Assembly: GCA_964016885.1 (NCBI GenBank)
Contig: OZ024745.1
Span: 17,112,001-17,176,000, forward strand
Direction of reading: 5' to 3'
DNA: 64,000 nt
Source of the DNA: Eledone cirrhosa
Lineage: Eukaryota
Shown here: piece by piece, positions 31,034 through 44,707 of the stretch
How the letters are laid out: every line of letters starts with the position of its first letter
How positions within the stretch are numbered: position 1 is the stretch's first letter
Notes under the pieces: model-generated
Told to the model about the DNA's origin: nothing
Database searches by the model: none
What the model saw: the letters and a program-made list of their open reading frames with translations, nothing else
Made by a program: the position numbers and the translations under genes

Positions 31034-31467
31034 GCCCACATATGAATACACATATTTACATACACACTCACACACACACACTGACACACACACTGACACA
31101 TACGCACACACACGTATATATATGCATACATATAAATGTAAATAGATGCATAGATATCTATGTATGAATAGATTTAGCGTTAAAATGTATGTTGACGTTA
31201 AGAATTTCAATAGACTGAATGTGGAGCGGCACACATTTGTGAGTAACTGTCAATGTGAAGATAATCATGAAAGTGTTGTTATTGTTCAAAGTTAAATTAC
31301 AATTTTATCTACTGCCATGTTTTAAGATCAAAGACTGTACTTCATTTCCATTACGATCAGACATCACAGGCAAAAACGAATAGACACACACAAACCAACA
31401 AAGATGAAAACATATACATACATACATACGTACATGTATATACATATATATATATATATATAAAAAG

Positions 31468-31587
<120 letters not shown>

Positions 31588-31879
31588 GCAGACTTATGTA
31601 TACGTAGTTTAGATATAATGTGTACATATATATACTTACATACATGAGGGTAATATCACGTACAGCCATAGATCAATATACATACAAACTATTCGGTTTT
31701 TCGTCTGTACATATGCACGTGCATGAACATGTTAAAATCTGTATTAGATGTTAAGCATTGTTTTAGAAGTGTAATTGATGAAATCTAAGAGATGGTAAAT
31801 ATTTCTGGAATTCATTCTTTTTCTTATACAACATGGAAATAAAGTAGAATTGACATGGAAACTTACGTTAATACGTACA

Positions 31880-31899
31880 TATATATATATTTTTGTGTG

Positions 31900-31977
<78 letters not shown>

Positions 31978-31992
31978 TATATATATATAACT

Positions 31993-32024
<32 letters not shown>

Positions 32025-32146
32025 AACTTATATATATATATTATATATATATATATAACTTATATATATATATATTATATATATATAACTTATATATATA
32101 TAACTATATTTGAATATTTACACACATACACATACAAACACACACA

Positions 32147-32211
<65 letters not shown>

Positions 32212-32226
32212 ATAATATATATATAT

Positions 32227-32278
<52 letters not shown>

Positions 32279-32283
32279 ATATA

Positions 32284-32345
<62 letters not shown>

Positions 32346-32407
32346 TAGATATAGATATAGATATAGATATAGGTATAGATATAGATAGATAGACAGATAG
32401 ATAGGTG

Positions 32408-32502
<95 letters not shown>
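31880..32502. repeat. (TA)n and (TAGA)n microsatellites
   Basis: Direct inspection. Confidence 0.95.
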
Positions 32503-32504
<2 letters not shown>

Positions 32505-33199
32505 ACATACGTGTATCTAAGTTTATATTGAAATTATTTTCTAAAATTATATTCATCCTAGAATTTAGAATATAATTTACTTGAAATATAAAGGCAATAT
32601 ATATTGATTTCACTGAAATCAATTATTATAATGATTTATTACGTTAGTTCAGTCGACGGTATTATATATTACATTCTCCAACTTTTATTGATAAATATTA
32701 GTTTAGTTGCACGTTTACAGGAAATTATTCACATACATAAGCTAAAAAGTACTTTGAATGCAAACACCAACCCATTTTCTTCTCCAAACATAGAAATGAT
32801 GGTAAAGAACCTTTTAGATAGGAATCGTCATATTTTAACAATATATTTGGCTGATATACACATTTTAGATAATGAAGAAAAGTTTTCTTTTATTATTTAT
32901 TGCATTTATAGAAATATTAATAGGCAGGGACATACATTTAAATTCGGCATGTATAAATTGTATCTATTGAATATTATATTGAATATTATATAAAGAACCT
33001 GCAATGTGATATGAAGTTAATAGTATGCCTACATTGTTTCCCTATACATTTTCTTGGGCGTATTATTTCAAGTTTATATTCTGAATAGATTATATATGAT
33101 AACATTTCACAAAATTCAAAATCACTTAAACAAGTATTAGCATGCAATCACACGTTGCCAAACATATACAATAATACACATACGCATTGGCAAACACAG

Positions 33200-33279
<80 letters not shown>

Positions 33280-33699
33280 TATATAGAAAGCCTTGCGAAT
33301 GGGGTTCGTGGGAAGTGTCTTCGGTGCAACGTTCCTTGATATCATGCGCAGCATGGAGACCAGAGAGTCACTTATGGTAGAGCCACTAATTCTCCGAACT
33401 GAGATCACATCTCCAATATTACGGACATGGGATCAGAATGTCTTCGGAATGAATTGTTGAATATATTGTAAGGGCACAACCAACCAGCAGGATACCCAGG
33501 CTTAAACCCTAGCAAAATAATTGGATAACATCAATGAGATCCTTTAGGGGGTTACTTCAGATAAACTGGAAACCGTTACCTCCAGCAAAGCGGGCTGGAA
33601 GTCGTGGTTGGGGATTCTGTCCTCCACTACAAATATTTGTAGCCTTAATTCAGAATTTGTTAAGCACCTTTACCTCGTTATATCTTCTTTCTCACAACT

Positions 33700-34470
33700 A
33701 ACTGCCGATGTCTAAACAGACATTTATAAGGCTTTTTTCACGCTATTCGTTTTTATATGTTGAGGGTTATGGTGTTCCTGGTCTGCTTTTAAAAATTATT
33801 CAGCTGCGTTTTATCAGATCATGGATTTAAGGTTGCCTTCAGAACTTTCAGCAATGATGCAGTTGTACGTCAAATCTTCATCGTGGGTTCTATATTATGA
33901 TTCATTTTCATTAATGATGTTCCCGATAACATTTTCTCTGCTCGGTATCTATGTTGATGACACAACTCTATATTCTTGGCTTAATGTTAAGTGTGAAGCA
34001 TTTGATGAAGTTTAATGGACAGCTGATCTTAAATATGACCTTCGTTCTGTTGTCGAGTGAGAAATGGCTTGTTAGCATCTAAGACTAAAGTGTTATCTTT
34101 TAATCGCCATAGTGAATAACATTTGCTTTCCATTAGTATGACTGATCATAACCTCCAAGAGAGCAACACCTTCGATTTCCTGGTCTGATATTTTCCAGTG
34201 AATTTAGTTGGAATAATTTTATGGGGTCCATTAACAAATTTCTGACCAGAAATTTTGTTTGCTTTGTCGGGTAGGAAAGTATTTCACGCAATAAATTTGT
34301 TACCTCTTCGTCTTGTATTGTGTACTATTGTCACTTTTGGTCTGAGGCTTCAGCTATGCTCTTTGAGAATTTTGCTAACATGAAAAGATGGATCGGTAAC
34401 ATGATTAGTTCTGATTTATGATACGACGTCAAACATTATCATATCATCGAAATATTACCACTCTTTGACG
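33700..34470 (+). pseudogene. Highly degenerate LINE RT fragment (CR1/L2/Jockey-like)
   Basis: Residual LGIYVDDTTLYS (YADD-like) motif; many stops. Confidence 0.45.
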
Positions 34471-34784
34471 TGTCATTATTAAAGTATTGATGAAAGCAAC
34501 GTTTAAACTAAATCTAAGATGAAGGGAAACAAATTTCGTTTATATCCAAGTCCTTTGAAATATTTACAGATCATTAATAGACAAATGATTTGCAGATAAT
34601 TAACAACATTGAATGTTTGGAATCATCGTAGATAAATTAATTCAATCTTTAGCTTAATAAACTACTTAACGAATTTCAGAAGTATTAATTAATTATTAGT
34701 ATGGGAGAAGTAATTGATATATTTATATATATCCATACATATATGAGTTAGTGTGTGTGTATGTATGTATGTATATATATATAC

Positions 34785-34828
<44 letters not shown>

Positions 34829-34868
34829 GATATTAAATAAATGGAAACTATATTTATAAAACCATATT

Positions 34869-34934
34869 TATTTCATTATATATATTTCAGGGATATCATA
34901 TTAAAAATATGTTATGCCTTCTTCAGACAAAATA
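34869..34934 (-). ncRNA. pLTR hammerhead ribozyme (3' pLTR of copy B)
   Basis: CTGAAGA-AGG...CCT-GAAA-TATATA-TA. Confidence 0.8.
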
Positions 34935-35179
34935 CAATATAAACAGTCTTATAAATAGATAGATTTGACATACCTTTCAACTTCAACATCCATTTAAAAA
35001 GTTGATTTGGTAGTGAAAAATATTAGGGACAGTTATAAAAAGAAAGAAAGGAAAAACGAAGAAAAAGAAGAAATGCATGCAACTAAATAGAGAGAGAGAG
35101 AGATATAGAGAAATAGATAGAGAGAAGAAATTCATGTAAAGAAACAGAGAGAGATATATAGAGAGAGGAAAAAACACAG

Positions 35180-35229
<50 letters not shown>

Positions 35230-36343
35230 AAATATAGAGAGATAGATATAGATAGAGATAGAGAGAAAGAAAATAGGTAGTTGGGCACCAGTTGAATGAC
35301 GTATCAATGATATATTTATTTATTTATTTATTTATTTAGCTCTAGTATTAATGTAGAGAGAGATATATGTGGTTAGGAGAGAAAACAGCCATTACATAGA
35401 GAGAAAAGAAAAATATCCAGACAAAAACGAGGCAGATTTAAAACACTATGTTTCATCAATGTAAAAATAAAAATATTATGTTTCATCAATGTAAAAATTT
35501 CAATTCGTATAAATCAGGCATTATAATGTAAATATCAGTATTCATGAATGAGACACGTATCAATAATGTGTGAAAAATAATGATCATATGTCTAGTTTAA
35601 AATTCCTAGGTTTATATCAAAGTTGAGTTAAAATAGAAGGTTATCCCAGATTCGATACTATAGACATCCATGTGAATTTACGTGATCAACTCTGCAAATT
35701 CCTATTTCACACGAAAACATTCTCATTGTGCTATAAAAATTCTAGTATACATATATGTGTACATACACACAAATATATATAGATTCTACATTAATTTTAA
35801 CAATACTATTCCTGTCTTTACTCTACATGATTATCGTTCAAGCATAAATAGAGAACAGATATAAATATATCAATAAAAATATCAGAAATAAAAAAATCAG
35901 AAATAAAAAATAAAAAAACAAACAAATATTAAAAATAAAAATATTAAAAATATTAAAAATAAAAATAAAAATAAAAATAAAAATTAAAAATAAAAATAAA
36001 ACAGTATGCCCCGCAAATCAACCACAGAGATCAACCCTTCAAAGTTAATTGACAATATATTGCCAAGTTCGTTATACGCATCAGAATCAAAAGCAAACAA
36101 AACCAAAATTATTTACCAAATCCTGTCTAGCAGAAATCATTCCAAAAGTTTAGGATACCCATTTGATCTACAGATGGTCTTATATTTAATATAGAAGTTT
36201 ATCTAGTGTAAAATTTATTCGGTATATTTGGAGCGTCAGCTTTTAGGGTAGTTTAATTATTCATGAAGAATGTTTAAAATAAAAAAGAAATCGAAAGATT
36301 TATCGGCGAGTTTCATAAATAATTATAAATCAAATTAAATATA

Positions 36344-38566
36344 CTACATTTTAAATTTATATTTATATTTAAAAGTTGACTTCAATCTATGTCTGCAGCA
36401 ACTGAATAAATTTGTCCGTAAATTAAGGGAATTTTTAGATTTTAGTATAAAGAATATCTCCTCCGCGCAGAGGTCACATGTCTCAGAGGATGAATTAAAA
36501 GGAATCCCTCTTGAGACTATATTCCAAGCCGCCGAATATCCAACGTTATCATGCTTAAGTTGCCAGAGTAAGGCTAATAGTGATGTTGAAGATTTTTTGC
36601 TTGGATCTGTGAAATAATTCTTGTGGTTATTATAGCGAAGTTTAAATTCTGTCGAGGTGGAACCAACATAGTTAAAAGAATTTAAGTCCGTTTTAACATT
36701 ACAGTTGTATATTATATTTTTAACTATGCAATTGTTATTTAACGGACATTTAGATCTATCTCTACAGTTACATTCGTTTACTTGGATATTATTTATGCTA
36801 TTATCGGTATTTTGGCTAGGTTTTAAATTCCTATTATTTATTCTATTAATATTTTGTGCTAAATTTTTGGTGGATGAGTAGGTTAATTTTATAGTATGTC
36901 TATTGAAAATTGAGTGATACCTATGTGTTCTAGGGAAGCGATTATCAAGAACATTAAAAAATAGTTTAGCGATGTGGGTTTTAATGTTTAGTGAGAAAGG
37001 GGGGGCAAACCATATTATATTCCTAGTTCTATTTCTTTTTTGGCTTTTTGAATTATTGTAATGCTTTCTATTATAGTTGTTAAAGTTGTTGCCGTAATTA
37101 AAATTGTTGTTTTTTTGGTTAGTTTGTCTATTATTATCTATGTAAATAATTTTATCACTATATCCTGCTCTAGCTAACGCTTCATTGTAATACTGGGCTT
37201 TTTCGTCGAAAATCTTTTTATTAGATAAGATTCTAGAGATACGTTTTTGAACAGAGTTTACTATAGTATTTTTAACAGATCTGGGGTGGTTAGAGTTAAA
37301 GCTGACATAGTTTAAGTTTTCATTCAACTTGTGAAATGGATAGTGAAGACATGTGTTGAGATTTAATGTTACATCTCGAAAATTGACTATTCTATGGTTA
37401 TTCTCCATTTCTATTTTTAGATTAAAGTAATTAAAAAATTGTGTAATTTGTTTTCTTTTCCTATTTAGTTCAAAGTTATTATTTTCAATAAGTAAAAGCA
37501 TGTCATCTCTATATAAACCTCCGGTAGCACCGGGTATTTTCCTATGCAGCGAATTGATTAAAAATAGGCCCACAAGGTCAGTTACCTGAGCTGAGTCGGA
37601 TGATCCCATAGTAATGTCGAAATTGTTATCTCTATCTGCTCTGGTCCATAGTTGGTCATTAAATTCTATCAATGTTTTCCTAGCCGATAATATAATGTGC
37701 ATTTCATTGCTAGTTAGATCTGTATGTTTGAATGCGTAATTTAGTGCCTTATTTAGTAGATTAGGGGTAATAGATGAATAATAGTTAGCAATATCTAGTT
37801 GAATAAACTTATTATTATTGTTATATTTAATTTCTTTAAACCACTCAATAACCTCTCCAGTTCCCTTCCACAAGCTCAAGTTAGGCAAGCAATTCAAGTT
37901 TTTAATTTGCTGTATCACCCTGTCTAGAATGTTTTTGCTTAGTTTACCCAGGTCCGATTTTGATGGTGCAATCAATCTGACTGGCAGGTCATTTTCAAAA
38001 TTTCTTTTGTAATCTTTCATATTGATCTTCGGTTTCCTGGGCATGAAAGGTTGTGTTCTGTTCTCAATTTCCAACTCATGCATTATACAAGATGCCTCAA
38101 CATTCATTTTCTCAAGCTCGGCCTTATCTGCTACCTTGTACTTTTTCCTCAGTTCTTTCAGTATGAGGCCATTATACATGTCTTTTTGCAATCCATAGAG
38201 GTTATTGGTCTTGTCAGATTTCACCAAGATCTTCTCAGTTTTCTCTAAGCTCTCAATATTATCCTTAATGCCTTTCAGATATTCCTGGCCTTTGAAGTTT
38301 CTCTTGAATTTGACTCCTTGTATGATAGAAATTATATCGTTTTCAAAGTCAAATAAAAGTTTGTTGGGGGGTGGATTTCTTTTAGATTTGAAAACTTTGT
38401 CTAAGTCCGAGACATTTTCATTTATATTAGATTTATCAAAGTGGAATGCCCGCCACCTGATTCTCCTTATAAAAGAGTCAGATTTATCTATTAATTGTTT
38501 AATAAAGTCTTTGTTTCTAGGTAGAGGTATGTTTTTTAAAGAGGAAGAAATCTTAAAGAATTCCAT
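36344..38566 (-). CDS. PLE reverse transcriptase + GIY-YIG endonuclease, 740 aa, uninterrupted
   Basis: SLKNIP N-terminus, SDKTNN, LDIANYYSSI, MGSSDSA, GLYRDD, SNHP, CNC..CPL..C, IIYNC...YVGST..FKLRY..H, CDLC.EE, CRH. Confidence 0.92.
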   Translation of the reverse strand: MEFFKISSSLKNIPLPRNKDFIKQLIDKSDSFIRRIRWRAFHFDKSNINENVSDLDKVFKSKRNPPPNKLLFDFENDIISIIQGVKFKRNFKGQEYLKGIKDNIESLEKTEKILVKSDKTNNLYGLQKDMYNGLILKELRKKYKVADKAELEKMNVEASCIMHELEIENRTQPFMPRKPKINMKDYKRNFENDLPVRLIAPSKSDLGKLSKNILDRVIQQIKNLNCLPNLSLWKGTGEVIEWFKEIKYNNNNKFIQLDIANYYSSITPNLLNKALNYAFKHTDLTSNEMHIILSARKTLIEFNDQLWTRADRDNNFDITMGSSDSAQVTDLVGLFLINSLHRKIPGATGGLYRDDMLLLIENNNFELNRKRKQITQFFNYFNLKIEMENNHRIVNFRDVTLNLNTCLHYPFHKLNENLNYVSFNSNHPRSVKNTIVNSVQKRISRILSNKKIFDEKAQYYNEALARAGYSDKIIYIDNNRQTNQKNNNFNYGNNFNNYNRKHYNNSKSQKRNRTRNIIWFAPPFSLNIKTHIAKLFFNVLDNRFPRTHRYHSIFNRHTIKLTYSSTKNLAQNINRINNRNLKPSQNTDNSINNIQVNECNCRDRSKCPLNNNCIVKNIIYNCNVKTDLNSFNYVGSTSTEFKLRYNNHKNYFTDPSKKSSTSLLALLWQLKHDNVGYSAAWNIVSRGIPFNSSSETCDLCAEEIFFILKSKNSLNLRTNLFSCCRHRLKSTFKYKYKFKM

Positions 38567-38745
38567 TTTTTCAGTTATAATATGAAGCGCTCAAACAGTA
38601 TTGGAGCAAGATATATGCAAAGTTTTATTTAAATTGTTGGGTTACAACGAGTAAATATTTATAACTGATATAAAAGCACTCAACAAGTATTTGGAGTATA
38701 TTTACGACATTAAATAAATGGAAACTATATTTATAAAACCATATT

Positions 38746-38811
38746 TATTTCATTATATATATTTCAGGGATATCATATTAAAAATATGTTATGCCTTCTT
38801 CAGACAAAATA
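38746..38811 (-). ncRNA. pLTR hammerhead ribozyme (5' pLTR of copy B)
   Basis: Same fold, about 180 nt upstream of the ATG. Confidence 0.8.
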
Positions 38812-39070
38812 CAATATAAACAGTCTTATAAATAGATAGATTTGACATACCTTTCAACTTCAACTTCCATTTAAAAAGTTGATTTGGTAGTGAAAAATAT
38901 TAGGGACAGTTATAATAAGAAAGAAAGAAAAAACGAAGAAAAAGAAGAAATGCATGCAACTAAATAGAGAGAGATAGATATAGAGAAATAGATAGAGAGA
39001 AGAAATTCATGTAAAGAAACAGAGAGAGATATATAGAGGGAGGAAAAAACATAGAGGGATATAGATAGAG

Positions 39071-39104
<34 letters not shown>

Positions 39105-40903
39105 AAATATAGAGAGATAGATATAGATAGAGATAGAGAGAAAGAAAATAGGTAGTTGGGCACCAGTTGAATGACGTATCAATGATATATTTATTTATTT
39201 ATTTATTTATTTAGCTCTAGTATTAATGTAGAGAGAGATAAAATTAACCTACTCATCCACCAAAAATTTAGCACAAAATATTAATAGAATAAATAATAGG
39301 AATTTAAAACCTAGCCAAAATACCGATAATAGCATAAATAATATCCAAGTAAACAAATGTAACTGTAGAGATAGATCTAAATGTCCGTTAAATAACAATT
39401 GCTTAGTTAAAAATATAATATACAACTGTAATGTTAAAACGGACTTAAATTCTTTTAACTATGTTGGTTCCACCTCGACAGAATTTAAACTTCGCTATAA
39501 TAACCACAAGAATTATTTCACAGATCCAAGCAAAAAATCTTCAACATCACTATTAGCCTTACTCTGGCAACTTAAGCATGATAACGTTGGATATTCGGCG
39601 GCTTGGAATATAGTCTCAAGAGGGATTCCTTTTAATTCATCCTCTGAGACATGTGACCTCTGCGCGGAGGAGATATTCTTTATACTAAAATCTAAAAATT
39701 CCCTTAATTTACGGACAAATTTATTCAGTTGCTGCAGACATAGATTGAAGTCAACTTTTAAATATAAATATAAATTTAAAATGTAGTATATTTAATTTGA
39801 TTTATAATTATTTATGAAACTCGCCGATAAATCTTTCGATTTCTTTTTTATTTTAAACATTCTTCATGAATAATTAAACTACCCTAAAAGCTGATGCTCC
39901 AAATATACCGAATAAATTTTACACTAGATAAACTTCTATATTAAATATAAGACCATCTGTAGATCAAATGGGTATCCTAAACTTTTGGAATGATTTCTGC
40001 TGGACAGGATTTGGTAAATAATTTTAGTTTTGTTTGCTTTTGATTCTGATGCTTATAACGAACTTGGCAATATATTGTCAATTAACTTTGAAGGGTTGAT
40101 CTCTGTGGTTGATTTGCGGGGCATACTATGTTTTATTTTTATTTTTAATTTTAATTTTTATTTTTATTTTTATTTTTAATATTTTTAATATTTTTATTTT
40201 TAATATTTGTTTGTTTTTTTATTTTTTTATTTCTGATTTTTTTATTTCTGATATTTTTATTGATATATTTATATCTGTTCTCTATTTATGCTTGAACGAT
40301 AATCATGTAGAGTAAAGACAGGAATAGTATTGTTAAAATTAATGTAGAATCTATATATATTTGTGTGTATGTACACATATATGTATACTAGAATTTTTAT
40401 AGCACAATGAAAATGTTTTCGTGTGAAATAGGAATTTGCAGAGTTGATCACGTAAATTCACATGGATGTCTATAGTATCGAATCTGGGATAACCTTCTAT
40501 TTTAACTCAACTCTGATATAAACCTAGGAATTTTAAACTAGACATATGATCATTATTTTTCACACATTATTGATACGTGTCTCATTCATGAATACTGATA
40601 TTTACATTATAATGCCTGATTTATACGAATTGAAATTTTTACATTGATGAAACATAATATTTTTATTTTTAGATTGATGAAACATAGTGTTTTAAATCTG
40701 CCTCGTTTTTGTCTGGATATTTTTCTTTTCTCTCTATGTAACGGCTGTTTTCTCTCCTAACCACATATATCTCTCTCTACATTAATACTAGAGCTAAATA
40801 AATAAATAAATAAATAAATATATCATTGATACGTCATTCAACTGGTGCCCAACTACCTATTTTCTTTCTCTCTATCTCTATCTATATCTATCTCTCTATA
40901 TTT

Positions 40904-40956
<53 letters not shown>

Positions 40957-41217
40957 ATCTCTATCTATCTCCCTCTGTGTTTTTTCCTCCCTCTATATAT
41001 CTCTCTCTGTTTCTTTACATGAATTTTTTCTCTCTATCTATTTCTCTATATCTATCTCTCTCTATTTAGTTGCATGCATTTCTTCTTTTTCTTCGTTTTT
41101 TCTTTCTTTCTTTTTATAACTGTCTCTAATATTTTTCACTACCAAATCAACTTTTTAAATGGATGTTGAAGTTGAAAGGTATGTCAAATTTATCTATTTA
41201 TAAGACTGTTTATATTG

Positions 41218-41283
41218 TATTTTGTCTGAAGAAGGCATAACATATTTTTAATATGATATCCCTGAAATATATATAATGAAATA
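41218..41283 (+). ncRNA. pLTR hammerhead ribozyme (inverted arm of copy B)
   Basis: Same fold on the plus strand. Confidence 0.8.
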
Positions 41284-41422
41284 AATATGGTTTTATAAAT
41301 ATAGTTTCCATTTATTTAATATCGTAAATATACTCCAAATACTTGTTGAGTGCTTTTATATCAGTTATAAATATTTACTCGTTGTAACCCAACAATTTAA
41401 ATAAAACTTTGCATATATATAG

Positions 41423-41492
<70 letters not shown>

Positions 41493-41629
41493 ATATAAAT
41501 ATGTATATATGTATACATACATGCATACACACATACACACACACATATATACATATATATATATATATACAGTATATATATATATAAATATATATATATA
41601 TAAATGTATATATATATATATATATATAT

Positions 41630-41810
41630 CCAGGAAGCTCCAACCGTTAAGGTTGTCTTTTTTCCGGGTATGTCAATATTTATTTATAAAACAAATCTGT
41701 ATTTTATCCTGTAAAAGCGCGCCATAATTTGCCTTGGCTGCCCTTGAAGTATATCTAATAAAATAAATATGGTTTTATAAATATAGTTTCCATTTATTAA
41801 TATATTGTAT
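41630..41810 (+). mobile_element. Diverged pLTR fragment related to PLE copies A and B
   Basis: Shares GGTATGTCAA and AAATAAATATGGTTTTATAAATATAGTTTCCATTTATT. Confidence 0.6.
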
Positions 41811-41927
41811 ATATATATATATTAAAATAACAGATTAAAGTTTAAGCAAAGAATCGCTGCTTTCACTCTTATCAAGCCCTCATGGGATTTTAGTCTTCAC
41901 ATTTATTATTATTACTATATATATATA

Positions 41928-42152
41928 GGGTGGTGGATTGGCAGTATCGGAAGAGAGTCGGACACCATGCTTTGCAGCATAGAGTTACGGCCCTTTATGA
42001 TCTGAGTTCAAATCCCGCCGAGGTTAACTTTACCTTTCATCCTTACGAGGTCGATAGAATAAAGTACCAGTTACGAACTGGGATCGATTTAATCGACTTT
42101 CCCCTCCCCCACAAAAATTGCTGGTCTTTGTGCCTATATAAGAAACCATTAT
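41928..42152 (+). mobile_element. Full-length tRNA-derived SINE
   Basis: A/B-box-like motifs and conserved body. Confidence 0.85.
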
Positions 42153-42180
42153 TACTATATATCTATATATCTATATATAT

Positions 42181-42482
42181 CACAGAAAAAAAGTGATTCA
42201 GTGTTGCGACGAATGGAATTTATTGGGCATATTACAATCATTTCTCTGGCGACCAGCTCGAGGCACCATCGATGTGATGAGCGAACCTGACTCTGAAATC
42301 GCAAGGTCCTCAGATACGTCTTGATTCTACGAAGCAGATTTTCCTAGAATCAAGAGGTATGCGATTTTCAGAGCAGGTTCGATCATCTCATCGATCGTGC
42401 CTCGAGCTGGTCGCCAAAGAAATGATTGTAATATGTCCAATAAATTCCATTCGTCACAACACTGAATCTCCTTTTTTCTGTG
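42181..42482. mobile_element. TA-flanked ~300-bp palindromic element
   Basis: CACAGAAAAAA...TTTTTTCTGTG with long paired arms; centre TCTTGATTCTA...TAGAATCAAGA. Confidence 0.8.
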
Positions 42483-42499
42483 ATATATATATATATATA

Positions 42500-42746
42500 G
42501 GAATAAGTATGACCCCGACGGCAGAGCTCAAGCCATTTCGACGGCTATTTCTGGACTAAATTAGCATTTTTAGGTCGAAATGGCTTGAGCTCTGCCGTCG
42601 GGGGTCATACTTTTTCCTATTTCCCACTCTATTACCCTAAGTATTGAGTACTTTGGTGCGTTATGGTCCATCTGGTTCCTTACCACAATTCCTTTGTTAT
42701 ATATATATATAATAAAGGAATTGTGGTAAGGAACCAGATGGACTAT
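42500..42746 (+). mobile_element. Fold-back mini-element copy 4 with an extra inverted tail copy (42711-42746)
   Basis: Palindrome 42500-42617; tail to 42697; reverse complement of the tail end follows a short TA run. Confidence 0.85.
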
Positions 42747-42758
42747 AATATATATGGA

Positions 42759-42799
<41 letters not shown>

Positions 42800-43174
42800 G
42801 AGAGAGAGAGAGAGAGAGAGAAAAGTATTATATGTATGATAAAATACACAAGTAGCTTAATAATTCAAATTTCAATAGTCGACAAAATTTCCTACTGAAC
42901 GATTTTCTGCTGTTCATTGTCCAAATTCGTTTATACACGTATCACCTATGGTACAAACGCTGCCCATATTATCATCATAAACAATGCTTACTATTAATCC
43001 GTGTGTCTTTACCAGTATTATGAATATATTATAATGTTTGGACTGTTATCAAAATCAGATTTACACTAAATATTGTATCGAACAATATTTATTCTGCCTG
43101 AAAAAGTGTAAATAAAGCTTATAAACTCCAAATTAATATATATGATTACACACACACACACAGACACACACACA

Positions 43175-43245
<71 letters not shown>

Positions 43246-43339
43246 GCGCGCGCATATATATGTATATATTTATATCTTTATATATATTTGTGTGCATGTG
43301 CATAAGTGTTCGTTTGTATATAGATATGCGTGTATATAC

Positions 43340-43425
<86 letters not shown>

Positions 43426-44707
43426 GCGTGTATGCTTGTATTTGTGTGTATGTGCGTATCATTTGCCAGACCAATTATATTAATCAATAGGAAATGGGAA
43501 AATAAGATTTGAATATGAAATTGGCCATGTTTGTAAATGTACCTACCTTTCTGTCAGCGTCGCTTGATTGAATATTTGGCAAGTATATCATAACTCAAAC
43601 TTCATACAATAAGTTATATATCAATGTGTTGTTAGAAATTCTTGCCAAAATCCTGAAGTCAAACTCCAACGTTAAAGCAGAACAAATACCATTTAGGCAC
43701 GATTGGCATAAATCCATTGCCAAGGTTACAGATATTCAATGATGAAATATTCCCAGTGTAAGAATACATTAGATGTATGGCGATAATATTGCGTTTTCTT
43801 TCCATTGAAGTAAAATACAGCTACGGAAGTTGCATTCATATGAAAATGTAATACAAAATGATTGTTCAAGATGAAAGTGGTTTTGCCTAGTTGTATGAAA
43901 ATTTAAAAGCAAATCATTACAAATGATTATATTGAATCTCGAAGATGTCGTCCGAATAAAGCAGTGAATAGGTTTTAATAACGATAAATAATATCTACAT
44001 TCAATGATTGTCTGCTGAAAGTATACGCGTAGATTTAAAGATTTCTGTAATAATGTGTTTCTTTGTCCGTGTGTTCCTCTACGTTTGAGTGTTTTGTGTG
44101 ATCATAGCTTCGAGTGACAGATCAGGCGAGAGAGACCGAGCTGGAAATATGTTAATATATGTATATCAATGAGCAGCCTATTATATTAACATGTATCACC
44201 ATAATTCTAAATAGAAAACTTCACAAGTGATTGCATAAAAACACGTATATATTCTTAATCATTAAAACAAATACGATGAATTGGTTGCCTGTGATATGTT
44301 AGGGGCTACGTAATGATGGCCATTGTATAATATTTCGTCTCATAATACACATCTATAGTAATAATTTAGAACTACAAATCGTCATTATTTTAAGTGCGCT
44401 GTCAATCTATTCAGTATAGTATCTATAATATCTTTATTGTGACTTTTTTTTCTCAGTCACTGGAAATGTATGATTCATTTTTACATGATCTGGAATATAC
44501 ACTTTCATCAAGAAAATTGGCAAAAAAATAATTTGAGTTTGGTGAATTTAATTGACGTTGAGAGAATAATGGAATATTTACTTTAAACAGAAAATAATAA
44601 GTGTGTTAGTCAAGAAGCGTTAAGTATATTTGATATAATAAATATTTTCAATGAATTCGAGATCCAAATAAAATAAAATTGCGTAGATCCTTAGAATGAT
44701 TATATAT

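Larger units (their letters stand above)
34828..41412 (-). mobile_element. Penelope-like (Naiad-like) element copy B: pLTR-ORF-pLTR on minus (34828-39240) plus a 2.2-kb inverted arm on plus (39241-41412)
   Basis: Direct repeats at about 34828-35365 and 38700-39240; inverted arm restarts at the ORF position equivalent to about 36890; (TA)n on both sides. Confidence 0.92.

Noticed and set aside
36000-36343. SECIS element in the PLE 3' UTR
   Set aside because: ATGA...AA candidates lack a complementary helix and GA quartet partner by eye.
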